Source: Ramazzottius varieornatus
Taxonomy: Eukaryota; Animalia; Tardigrada
Assembly: GCA_001949185.1 (NCBI GenBank)
Contig: BDGG01000008.1
Span: 682,001-746,000, forward strand
DNA: 64,000 nucleotides
Direction of reading: 5' to 3'
The notes below the pieces were generated by a model. The model did not search any database and was not told where the DNA came from. It saw nothing but the letters and a program-made list of their open reading frames with translations. Of this stretch, positions 13,901 through 25,800 are shown one piece after another; the stretch's first letter is position 1; each line of letters opens with the position of its first letter. A program made the position numbers and the translations under genes.

Positions 13901-14895
13901 TGAAAGCTTTGTTTGTTCCATCAACGGGTTTCTCAGTGTTGATCTGTTCAAGTTATGTGTTTCAATCAGAGGCAAAAGCGTAGTTTTTCGTTCTGGCGAC
14001 TGTACTGGCATCGAACGTCGAGCGTTCGCTTCAGACTTCGCTGCTGAAGATGCGAAGAATTTGCTTGGCTGGTTTGGACGATCTAAAGCATACCATAAAT
14101 TTAGCGAACTGAGTTTAGATTCCGCAATTGGGAGCTCGACATTCACCAACTCGACAAGATAGTTTCCTCAAGTAGCGCAAGCTTCCATTACTGTCGACTG
14201 GTAGCGTGCGCCACTTGCAAAACTGATCCTGTCCTGTGTTTCCCGGCAGCAGGCTTCCCAATCGGTCACAGAATTTCAGAAGCTTACTTAAAGTGAAGAT
14301 GGAATTTCGGTTGTTGCTTGTTGATGGACGAGAAGGCTGGTCATCGTCTTCGTCGTCGGTCATCATGTCGTTATAACTCTTGGAGGACGACGGCTGAGCT
14401 GTTGGTCTCTCATCCGCCGTGAACTCCACATTTGGAGGCATTTCTTCGTCAATCGAACCTTGTGTACCTCGCGGTAGTCCTGCGTCAGCATAATCTAATT
14501 CAGAAGAAAATCCAGGGCGATGTCTTTTGGCCGGTCGTTCATCTTGATTTGACACCACGTTATGACTGTTGAGTGGTCTTCTCGAAGATGCATTCCAGTT
14601 ACGTTCCGCGTTTATCGGACGACGTTGCTGTCCGACTTGCTGAGAATTCGGACGAGAAGGTTTCTTCCGGAACCAGGAGAAAGGATTGAGCATATGAACA
14701 ACATCGGAGACCGTTTGTTCCTACGGGAGAACATCCGGTTAAATACGATTATCAAGTAAAACCCAATCAATCAAGCGACACACATACCAGTAAACTAGTG
14801 CCACGACCGACGTCTTCGTTAAGTCGAGCTGGTGTCCCGTCCAAATAGTTCCATTGACCGTTTTCCGTTTCTCGGTCGTTATCCTCAGGATCCAT
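10954..14895 (-). CDS. NUP153: Nup153-like FG-repeat nucleoporin (multi-exon)
   Basis: RanBP2-type zinc finger WTCSECWTGNDDQKTQCAACGKAKP, a second degenerate CxxC..CxxC, many FSFG/FQFG/FGFG repeats, basic C-terminal RRVLVPKRRLNPR like Nup153. Start inferred at ATG 14895. Confidence 0.78.
12925..13121. mobile_element. Dispersed short palindromic element (GTGGCGCAC…GTGCGCCAC family), two adjacent cores
   Basis: AAGTGGCGCAC at 12961, CGTGGCGCAC at 13041 and GTGCGCCACTT at 13076, inside a nucleoporin intron. Confidence 0.7.
14133..14235. mobile_element. Dispersed short palindromic element (GTGGCGCAC family)
   Basis: AACTCGACAAGATAGTTTCCTCAAGTAGCGCA…GTGCGCCACTTGCAAAACTGATCCTGTC in nucleoporin intron ~14083-14287. 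Confidence 0.7.
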
Positions 14896-15763
14896 ATCGT
14901 CAACAGGAACAGCAAATCCTAAAAACACACTAAATGTCACAGCGAGAATCCTTCAGCGTCTCAGCGACAAGAAGATCCGTTAAGTTTCGTTTGGAGGTTC
15001 GAAAATGCCAGCGAGTCACAAATCATCATCTCTCCACCGGCAGACTTCGACAGATGGATCCTGAGTCGCCGATGTACCTGATGTAGCGAGTTCGGCCGCA
15101 GAGCACACAATCGAGATATCCCAAGGAGCAAAGATAAATCCTATTCCGATTTCTTGACGACAACGAACCGCGAAAGCGCGAACTGTTTGTACGGTAGGAA
15201 AAAGCCTGAGGTTGTGACGTAACCGGGCCTGACGTAAAGAATGGTGTGCAAAAGCTCCAAGGGGACACTGCATCAGTGCTCACCATCTGGGGTGATAATC
15301 CGCCGAACCACGCAGAGCAATCTGTAGCGGAGGGTTTTCTCGTTCCAGACTAGGCGGCCTACGGCGCAGTACTTGGAGCCGAGAACGCTGCGTCATGGCT
15401 TTCGGATGTGCTGCTGTCGGTAAACCTCGTTACTTGTAGTCGAAAGATCCCGTATCGAGTACGCTTTTTTCCCGTTTTTGAGTTTTGAAAATGATGCGCG
15501 GGAATCTTCTTTGAAGTCTAGAACCTTGTTTTGGTTGCCTCTCGGTCTTAGAGACTCAGACCTTCGGATCTCTCTTGTTTCGTTGAATTTTTTCAGCTGT
15601 CGTTTGTTGAAGGACATCTTGAAAGCGTTCTGTGCTGTTCCGCGGACGTTGGAGAGTAAACAGGTACGCCAGTTAACGGACGCAAAATGGATCAGTCAGT
15701 GATGTTTGCAAGTACATCTTGACGAGTACCTCTTGGAAATTTTAGGCTTTTCATTGTGGGACC

Positions 15764-16156
15764 ATGGATCATCTAGAAGCACTGGAGCAAGAAAGGGACG
15801 TGAGCCAGGCTTTGGCAGCAGAGCGGAAGGCGTTCAAGAACATGGACGAAAGCTGGAGATTGGCTATCAAAGATTACATAGAGCAAACAGCAAAAGCCAG
15901 CCAGAAGTACATCAAGCCTATAATTCCGGATGGTGTTCAGGAGCTGACGCACTGGATATCTGCAACAGCTGACCATCGGATGTCACTATCCGAACGGTAC
16001 AGTCGCGCCGTTTCCGCTGCTCGTCACAATGACGTGTGTCAAAGAGGAGTTGAGCTCGCTGTTGCCACTTCCATCCAACACATCTCGGAGACGTTGGCAT
16101 CCGAGTATGGTAATAACTCGGATAGGAAGGTGGAGAACGGAAGGATTAGGAGATGA
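15764..16156 (+). CDS. Hypothetical 130-aa helical protein
   Basis: ATG in good context (ACCATGG), protein-like composition, divergent from the nucleoporin; no family recognised. Confidence 0.45.
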   Translation: MDHLEALEQERDVSQALAAERKAFKNMDESWRLAIKDYIEQTAKASQKYIKPIIPDGVQELTHWISATADHRMSLSERYSRAVSAARHNDVCQRGVELAVATSIQHISETLASEYGNNSDRKVENGRIRR

Positions 16157-16247
16157 TCATGTCAGACTATCTCGTAAGTTGGGCTGGAAAGTTATGCTTA
16201 TTCAGGTAGACCCTTCTCACGTCCCATCAGGCATCAGCAACTTGACA

Positions 16248-16368
16248 GCTCGGCAGACAAACAGTCACTAACTCGACAGGATTGTCTTCACAAGTGGCGC
16301 ACATTTTCATTGTTATGAAGTGAAGAGTGCGCCAGTTGGAAAATCGATCTGGTTGAGTGACGAGTTTG
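16248..16368. mobile_element. Dispersed short palindromic element (GTGGCGCAC family)
   Basis: AACTCGACAGGATTGTCTTCACAAGTGGCGCAC…GTGCGCCAGTTGGAAAATCGATCTGGTTGAGT. Confidence 0.7.
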
Positions 16369-18390
16369 TTTGCCCGTTGATAGATTTCAGCTTAGAGTCT
16401 ACCGATTGATCCCAGGATTGCTCCTGACGGTATCTTCGATCTTTCACAGACCCAGCGTTTGGATGCTACTTGGTATTCCCCGATCGGAAAATTGGCGAGG
16501 ACCGAGTCAACAAAACCGAGCAAGCGCAAGTCCTCAAAGAAAAGTCCAGATGCATGGTCTCGGAAATAACATCGGGGTTTCAACTGTAAGAATTTTTCTG
16601 GTGTTTGTTCAGAATATTAGTTTTAAAAAGATACGAAGAAGCGTATGATTGACTAAAGTCATCACAGAATTTTTTTCTTGAATTAAATTGTTCAGGCAGT
16701 CGAAGTCGAAGACTTTGTGGGTGCTATTGATATTCTGGTGCCTTGGACCATCGATCCTGAAAAGAAATCGAGGCTCAGGATTCCCGTTATTGTGACAGCA
16801 TTACGAACGTCAATATAAACTGTCAGCTTGGATTTGACGACGCTAGGCTATCATCAGCTTTATAGTCAGTGAAGCGATCTATGACTTCTCGGAACAGACT
16901 TCAACAGAGGGACTTTCCGAGAGCCGCGTTCAGTATCCAGCGACGAAATTACGATTTTTTTTCCCCTTAGTCCGAATATTACTCCAATCTTTGACCACAT
17001 CTTTCAACGGTACGTTGAAAGCACACTCGAGTACTAACTACTAAACGATGATTTGATGCATCCCTATTTAGAAAATCGGCACGGACCTCGTAATGAACTG
17101 GAGGACGATCGGAACGTTGACAGGTTCAATGTCGCGTTGTACGTCGTGGGGGCAAACCAGCACCATAAGTAACGTCAATCAGCTGCAAAACTAAAGATAG
17201 AGCCGTGAAAGAAGAGTATCTCAGTCCTAGGAAGACTCTAGAAGGCTTCCGTCTCGCGCGCGTACCCAGCGGGTCACGCCTTAGATAATGATCAGGGACC
17301 TTCCTCGTGTAGGATTCTGTCACTAATTGATTGACGGTAATAGCTTTCATCAGTTCGACCATTTTAGGTACTGCATGATTCAGGTGACTAATCACGTCAA
17401 AGACACCGATCTGAGGACGGCGTACGTGGCGGTTTTATATGGCCGAATGCGGAGAACGAACATTAAGCCATAAATTAGTAATAGATCACGTCATCAGCCG
17501 AGATTTTCAATCTGATTATTCTATTCGCCATTTCAGTTTCGAAGGTCCATGCAGATATGACTGCGGTTCTCTGGATTAGGTCGGGGTACTCGCGTTAGCG
17601 TTGTATGTGTAAGCAGAGTACTAGTCAACACAAATCCCTGGGGTGAGCCTAGAATTACTTGGACAAAATGGAATTACTCATTCCATAGTTAACAGTTGGC
17701 ATGAGTGCTCCCCTTCTCTTATTCGTCGTCCATCTTGAGGCTTCCGATCCCGAGAAACCCGTGCTACTGTAGGGCCTCGTGAAATTGACTAATCATTACA
17801 GAACCCAGATGCGCTTTCCTAATGATGTAGTTTTCATTCTCTGTTATGAAGTGGAATAGGAAAAAGCCGTCATACTTTTGATTCTCGCTGTCATTCTCTT
17901 GAACGGAAGTAAATCTGGTCTTTCAGAAAACCAAGCGAAAGCCGAGATGGAGATGCGTCTTGACAGTTTGAGCGCGAAATGTGGCTGGCAGCAGATGTTC
18001 GCGTCATGTCATTTTATCTCCTTCCTCCTCGATCACTAATCGGCCCTGTGAGCCCGATGTCATGCCATACGATTTTTAGAGAGTAGTATACCGCCAATGT
18101 CGAATCCTCCTTTTCTTGTCGGCATGTACGCGAGCTTTACTCGTCCTTGATATTGCACCGATCCACCAAAGCCGATGTCGGCGATGTGGCCAGACTTTTC
18201 ATCCTTCTGATATCTCCCTGGTTATTTGTCAACCCTGCACTGTCAAAGCGTCTCGTCAACCCTTCCGATTACAATTACCCCATCGTGATTTTCTCTTGCT
18301 CGTGCCAAGTTACATATAGCAAGAGACCAGCGCTTACCATGAAATTCATTCTTGGTTTAACGAACTGATTTACTGATTGTGTTTCTCGCT

Positions 18391-21300
18391 ATGGATCTCA
18401 ACCCGGAAGTGACCTTATTCCCCACCCATTTAGACGGGAATTTGTCGAGTGATTGTAATAGCTCTCTATGTATTTCTGACGAGGATTACATGGGCCATAT
18501 CGAAACATACATATTTCCGACGAGCTTCGAATGGTCATTGATTACGTTAAGCGCCATCATTTTCTTCTTCGGGACAGCCGGAAACGTCTTGGTCATTTTT
18601 TCCGTTATCCGCAACCCGTCGATGCGTAGTGTCACAAACCACTTCATCGTCAACCTAGCTCTGGCCGACTGCTTGGTCCTTATCATCTGTCTTCCACCCA
18701 CAATTTTGTGGGATGTAACAGAGACATGGTTTCTTGGGAGCTTCATGTGCCGGGCTGTCCTGTTTTGCCAGGTAAAGTCCCGAGGTTAAACGAGTGGACC
18801 ATGGAACTGGGATGCCGGCAAACCACATCAGTGGGATCGTTTTCTTGAGTCGCGCAGTTTTTGTCGTTATTGGCTCGAGACGTGCGCCACTTTAGGGGAC
18901 GAATATCCCGAGATCGTTTGCCGGCCTGCCAATTAACATTACGGAACTGTGTCACGGGATGCTTCATAGGATTTCACTGGCCGTTAAGTAGAAACGTCGT
19001 TTTAAGAACTGTTGTTGCTTTGGGTGGGAAGAGCTTTTATCTATTAATAGAATATTTGAACGCATAGGACCCTTCGATAAGACTTCACTTGCGCACGTCA
19101 GCCGTTCACGAACTAGAAAGGTACTTCATCAATTGAATATCCCACTTTGTAAGGGCTCTTTCTTTGACTGAAAAACGTCCGGCAGTTCTTTGGTACCGTT
19201 TTCGAAATTAGCAGCGGCAGTAGGTTCAAACAAGCTTGATCCCGTGGTCGAGTGGGTCTTGTTCTCGCTCAGGGTCTTTCAGCAATTACTGTAGGTGCCG
19301 GTCTTGAGGTTCGCTTTCCGGTTGTGAAAAGCCGCCCTTGATGGGATTTGCTTGAATTGATTTACAAAAAAGGAAGGCTGTGGGGCGTGTAATTGTGCAT
19401 TATTGTCTGATTGAATATAACACGCAAAATATGTAGACGTAGTTCGTCACGCTTCATCGGGCACTGTATGCGTCCGTCTACACTCCTCCGGGATTCCATT
19501 TCAGCCCTTGATGAAGAGCTGCACCCTACTGGAGATGTTTTCTTCCGTTGAGGGTTGGTTGTCCTTCTACGTATGTTATAATTGTTCCGAGAGGTCATGA
19601 AGTATAGTGGACCCTCTTCCGGGTTCTTCCCTGACTAGAACCGGTGGTCGATTGGCGGAAAGATGTCACTGAAACTTTAAAAGACAGTCTTGCAGCTCTA
19701 CGAAACCCGAAACCAAATAATGCTCTCTGCTCGATTATTATTATCGAGGAAAGTGAAGGATACATGATCGATATACCGATTTAGCTACTTTGATTTCTTT
19801 AATGTATTGTTGACATGATTATTGCTGTTCAGGAATTTTCTTCGGAAAGTAATATATTACGGTCGGATATCTAATTTACATGTAACTGCGTATATTGCAG
19901 CCCATATTCTCCGTTTACGTTCATGGCCTTTTCCGACTATTCTCGTACTAACAGGAGTCCTACTGAGGTCTCAGGGACCGAAGTCAAGGTCAGGAAACTA
20001 TAGCCGGGTTATATTTGAGTTTACTGTGGGCCGGCTACGATTTTGCTGTCAATAGCCACGTGTTAGGTTTCCAGCATAAATTTCTTCTGGAATAATCATG
20101 TCCCTTTTGCAGCGGGTTTGCGTATTCGTTTCTGTCCTCACGTTTTTCTGCATCGCGGTGGATCGCTGGCATGCCATTGTGCAGCCTCTCAAGTTCGCCT
20201 CAACGGCATCCCGAGCCAAAATCGCCGTTTTGTTGACGTGGTAAGTCAACCCAGAGGAGTAAAAGTACCCTTGGGTGTGGTTGGGTGCTTCATATTAGAG
20301 GTCAAATATCCTACTCTAGAATTATGTAGTATTCATTTCCATTTAGGCTCGTCGCAATCGTCGTCAGTCTACCGGAGCTCGTCTACCTGGACATCAAGCA
20401 GACTTTTCTTCCCTTCCCAACCATTTACTTCACACAGTAATTATGACCGAGTATCATAGGCGGTACTTGAAGAAAAGGTCGGTACGACGCCGCTCGCAGC
20501 CTTGAATTCGTTTGTTAATTTAGATGTGTCGCTCACTGGGATGATACGCAGGAAACGGCCTACCAGCTGGTACGTAGATTCAGTTTCTTTATTAAATCGG
20601 CGCTATTTAAATTGGTTCTTTTGCTCGAGAGATCGTCTTTCCTTCATTTGATTCAGAGGGAATCTGAGAACCAATACAAGGTCAGTTATTTGTTTATTTA
20701 TGCCATCTCTTCTTTTGCAGATTATTTTCTATTCGTTCTACGTCCTCCCAATCTTCATCATGGTACGGACAATAATGATACACTGCATACTCGTGTAGAA
20801 TGACAAATGTTCAGTTCAGCGCATGCAGGTTGATAAGGGTTAGGTTTGTTCTTTTTACCGGTAGAGCCATGATGTAATAGGCCTTCTATCTCGTTTCCAG
20901 ATTGGACTGTACGGTCAGATCGTCTATGCGCTATGGTGGAGAGCACTCCCCCAGCCCGGAACTCCACCAGCGAATAACATGTCATACTCATTCAGTCGAC
21001 AAGCAAGTGTGGCGCTGCACGTCCGTAACCCTACATGTCTGAACGTTATCAGCAAAAATCACCATAACGGATATTCCGTCAGTCCTAACCTTTCGAATCG
21101 TTCCCCTTCCGCAATGGGCCGTACCAGTCCCAGCTACAACCAAAACCTGGTGGACCACCAGATTCGCAGCCGACGAAGGGTCGCCATGATGCTCATCGTC
21201 ACTGTGGCGCTCTTTGCCTTCTGTTATCTTCCCGTTCACACTTTCAATATTTTACGGTACGCCATAGCGTCTGTTCACCTCCACCAAAGTATTTAAAAAT

Positions 21301-22423
21301 TAATTGTTCGATTTTAAATGATTCGGAGACATAGCCGGTTCCGTAATGAGACATCAGCGAACGAATTCACCTAAGTGGCGCACCCTTTCAGCCCATTAAC
21401 AATGAAATATAGGAGGCTCGGCGAAGCTAAAATAAGCCACTTTAGCCGTTCTTAGCCGTGGCTAAAAATATTTTAGCCGCGGCTAAAGCAGCTAAAATAC
21501 TTTTAGCCACGGCTAAAATGTATTGTGCGTTTGATTGATTTATTGATGTTGAGTCGGCTAAAATGATTTTAACATCATTAAATCATTCGAACGCACGATA
21601 CATTCTAGCCATGGCTAAAAGTATTTTCGCTGCTTTAGCCGCGGCTAAAATATTTTTAGCCACGGCTAAGAACGGCTAAAACGGCTTATTTTAGCTTCGC
21701 CGAGCCTTCTATACAATGAAAAGGTGCGCCACTTAAAGAGCTGGATGAAATCATCTGCCGACGTCCCAAACAGATTTCCTCAATCAAGATGCTTCGTTTT
21801 TGAGCATAATATTGACTTGAATTTTGTTTAGTATTTATAAGGACCGGTAAGTATTTGTTTGTACGAATTAAGCTGATTGGTCGTCATCCACAATTGCTTT
21901 CTTTGCTGAATATTGACTTGATGTTTACAGCTCAACCGTGGGTCTTCCCAACACGCCGGTGTGGATCACCATGTCGCTCGTAGTCCACTGGATATGCTAC
22001 ATGCAGAATGCGTCGAACCCCATCATCTATTACGTTATGAGCGGTGAGGTTGTTGGTAGTGTTCTTAGAAACTGAAGTCTTTCCATAATCACTGAGACAG
22101 CTGACTGCCTTCGAGGCTTCACGCGATAATCGAGCTTGTCTAGCGCATTCATAGTTCCATTTCTCCTTTTATGCTCATCAATTCTCACGCAATGTCCCGT
22201 CGTTGTAGAGAAATTTCGCCGGGAATTCAATCGGATCTTCAAATGCTGCGTACGACCTGTCGGTCGTTTGCGGCGAAATTCCAGCGAAGTGTTTCGCTGT
22301 GGACGTCCTCCTGGGCAGACTTATTACCACACACTGGGCTTTCCGCCGAATCGTGCAGAATACTCTTCCTCCGTCCGACTCGATCACGCAATGCCACCAC
22401 CCAACCCCGTTGTCCAATTATGA
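18391..22423 (+). CDS. Allatotropin/orexin receptor-family rhodopsin GPCR (~8 exons)
   Basis: YIFPTSFEW, GNVLV..RNPSMRSVTNHFIVNLALAD, CLPPTILWDVTETWFLG, DRW motif (IAVDRWHAI), RSRRRVAMMLI..FAFCYLP, NPIIY, EKFRREF. Exons splice in frame. Confidence 0.9.
21408..21713. mobile_element. 306-bp MITE with long TIRs and 8-bp TSD (hAT-like)
   Basis: Termini TATAGGAGGCTCGGCGAAGCTAAAATAAGCC… / …GGCTTATTTTAGCTTCGCCGAGCCTTCTATA; near-full-length palindrome with TTTAGCC/GGCTAAA subrepeats; CAATGAAA duplicated at 21400-21407 and 21714-21721. Confidence 0.92.
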
Positions 22424-22871
22424 AAGATGTAGCCCACTGGAAGTCTTTTCAATTTGTGGGAATGCTCGTCAGGTACGCTACTGCGAACCACGGCAGTGTG
22501 AATACCTGCTCTGTTGTCGATAATCGATTTGATCTGATCGAAATCTTAATGCTTTCACGCGATATTTTCTTTGCCCTCACTTTACTATGTATTCTTTCGA
22601 ACAACTCCAGCGCCCATAGAACTGTTCTGCTACCCTTGGAAAACTAACGTAAAAAATTCTAATGGGGAGAATATCAGCCATAAAGAGAATCAACCTTATA
22701 ACAAGTTGAAATCATAGAAGATGGGCAACATAAGCAAACGAACCATGAACTGACCCGTAAAACAAAAATATGGAAAAAGAGGGGAAAACGGATTTGAGCG
22801 TGTAATAAAGAGACTAAGAAAACATGACCAACTATCCGAAGTGATAGCTGAACTCCAGGTAAAAAAAGGAG

Positions 22872-25800
22872 CTAGGCACGATTGAGCCTGGTCAACTTCT
22901 TTGGAGAAACAGGGCGTTTCTTGCTGAACGCTTGCGATGCCTCTTCGGCGGGCTCCGAGACACGAGCCCGAGTTCGCTTCTTGGAGGCTTCCACGTTCCT
23001 GCGTTTGGGTGCGTGCTGCCCGGGCACTTCGTCGTCCGACTCGGCCTCCGTTTCCACCACTGTTCGCTTCGCCGGGGAGATTACTTGCGGAGTCGCCCGA
23101 GGTTGCGACTGGCAGCGTGCCAGGTTCTTCTCGGCCATGCGTTCCAGCGACCACGCTTCCAAATCACTCCCAGAGTGCATCTCGGCACCCGAGAATATCA
23201 CCGTAACTGTCACGTCTCGGGTCAAATGTAAATCAGGCAAGAGCTACAGCGAAAAGAACATGTAATGTTAACCTTACGTCCATCCAATGAAAATGATAGC
23301 GTAGTTCTTGAAAGGTGAGCTTACCTTCGGACTCAGGATGAAGTACTGTCCCCCACATCGACTGGCCGTCTCCACGATCATCTTGAAGACTCGCCGTTCG
23401 TTCGTGGAATCCATCCCCTAAAACAAAACCAAGTTTCAGCGATGTCCACCTTTCCCATCTCTTGCACTGATTCCTGAAATCGAATGTCAGTGGCGACCCA
23501 CAAAACAAAGTGCACTTTCCTGACAACCACCTGCACACACTGGTCCGCAAACGTGCTACGACACTCATATACGTAGGTACGTGCAAGACGGACCAACTTC
23601 CTATACCGCTATCTTCTTTGTTCAGAAAACTTCATCTCGCTAATGTTCATCATGCCTATACCTGATTGATTTCATCCACTACGCGGAACGGGCATTTGGT
23701 CAGATCCTGTATAGCCAGCATGTACAGCGCTGTAGCGACACTCTTCTCTCCGCCACTGTGGACCTGCCCACTCAAGGTCTCGAGTGGTCGACCGGGTCTG
23801 TAAGAGACCTTGATGGCGAACCCGTACTTGTCGAAATTATCCGGGTTGTCCGGACGTTCGAACACCACATCACCGCTCAGGTTCATCAGCTTGTAGAACT
23901 CCGAGAAGCTTCTACCAATCTTATCACCAAGCTGCTGGACGTCGTCCAGCCATCTCGTGCGCTGCTGCGCCATCCGCTCCTTCTCCCGAGCTATCTCCTC
24001 CTTGCGGTTGGTGATGGAATGCTCCAGCTTGATCAGTGCGGCCTTATGTTTCTCCAGGTCACGACGAGCCTAAAGCGGACGAGCAGTAAGACAATCATGC
24101 TGCACCGTAAAACCAACCCGGACTGAATCCCTTACATTGATATTGATTTCACCGGCGGCGTTGAGCTGCTGCTTCTTCGCCCTATAAAGCGTCTCTAATT
24201 TGTCCATGTCCTTGGGCATTTCCAGGTATTGCTAGAGACAGCACACGAATGGTCTCGATATCCAAATCGTCCAGTCTGACCGCGTATACGAGTTGACTTA
24301 TGTAAGAATAGCGTGACGTACCTCAAGAGCGGCAGGAGCCAGCTCGGCTTTTTCTGTTCCAGGCACGTTGCTCAAGAGCTTGATGTGATCAGACAGGTTT
24401 CCTTTGAAGCGTGCTAAGTCACGGTCATACCGGCTCAAATTCCCTCGGTATTGCTCCTGCAGATTAGAATACAAGCATTACATCACTGGCTGAACCTAAG
24501 TTAGAAGACTAGACAGCAATAACAACCCAAAGAGCGGTCATTTTCTGCAAGGCATCTCGAAGAGCCTTGTTCTCTTGCAGCACGTCACTTCTCGCTCTGA
24601 CGAAATTGACTGCTACGTCCAAGGCCTTGTCCAAAACACCACTCGTCTTCGTCTGCAACAGAAAAGAGAGGATAACAAAAGACAGCCCAAGCATTCCAAC
24701 GTCGTAAGAACGCTTTACCTTCTGGTTCTTGGCCACAAGTCGCTTCCACGAAGCCGTGTTCGACTGAAGGATCTTGGCTGCCGTGCTTGCCCTGGCTTGT
24801 TCAAAGTCCAGCTTTGTCGCTTCCAGCCGCTTCAACCTAAACGTAAAAGGATCATATTGAAACTAGTTAAGTAGGATTCAGAGCTCAGAAATCACTCGGT
24901 AATATCGTTTCTTCCAAGCGGCGCATACTTTCAGTTAGTAACACTGTAAACATGCGCCACTTGGGAAAATGATCTGGTCGAGCTCATTTGCTGAGCCCCT
25001 AAATGTCTTGGCTGTATACTGAGCATACTCGTCTTCAGTGTCTTTAATTCGTTTCTTGAGACGTTCAGTATCCGAGACAATCTTCTGGCTGTCTTGAACT
25101 TCTTTGGTCAAGCGAGTGAATTCGGTCTGAATTGCCTTTAAGCGTTCTGACAGACTTGTTTCTTTCTCCTTGACAGCCTCCTGTTCCAGTTCTTTCATCC
25201 GCAGCTTGACCTGCAGTGGACGGACATCGGGCTTCTCACGGGAAATGTTCATCAGCTCCTTGAGGAGCTGCGACTGCTTGATGTCCATGCTTTGGATGGC
25301 CACGTTGGACGACATTCTTGTCGTACGGAACCTGTACATGCTACCACCTGCAAACGCCGTCGGTGCGTGCAGTTGGTTCCCATTTCGCGGCATGACTCGA
25401 GAGTATTCCTCGGCGAACTTCTCCGAGGCACTGTCGTAAACTGGCATGTTGTGCAGTTTCTGTTTGTTGCACAGGAATCGCTTGACAGTCTCCGGAGCGT
25501 CGAAAAGCTCGGAGACTAGTCTGTCGCATCTCACCATCCTGCAAAACGTCAAAATGAAATTTAAACAAGATCAAATCACTTTAAAAAATTTATGAAAATA
25601 GACAGATTTACGAAAAACCAAATCACAAAAATTAATAGTATCAAAATTAAAAAGATAATTAGTCGCCGGTTAGCAAATTCGGAAAAAATATACACCATGG
25701 ACCGGAAAAGTATAAGTCATGCCTTACGTACTCTTTAAAGCGGGTTGGGTCCATGCCTAAACTTTCGCGTGGTTGTGACGCGGTGCTCTTGGTCATCTTG

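Noticed and set aside
16400-18350. Hidden gene or ncRNA in the long region upstream of the GPCR
   Set aside because: No recognisable coding, tRNA, snRNA or repeat signature; most simply regulatory or 5' UTR-intron sequence.
21408-21713. CRISPR-like or satellite array (TTTAGCC/GGCTAAA units)
   Set aside because: Eukaryotic context; units are irregular subterminal repeats within one inverted-repeat element with a TSD, and there are no unique spacers.
23323-23420. Possible frameshift in the SMC5 exon after the D-loop
   Set aside because: Recounting the G5 run gives an intact frame (SRCGGQYFILSPK).
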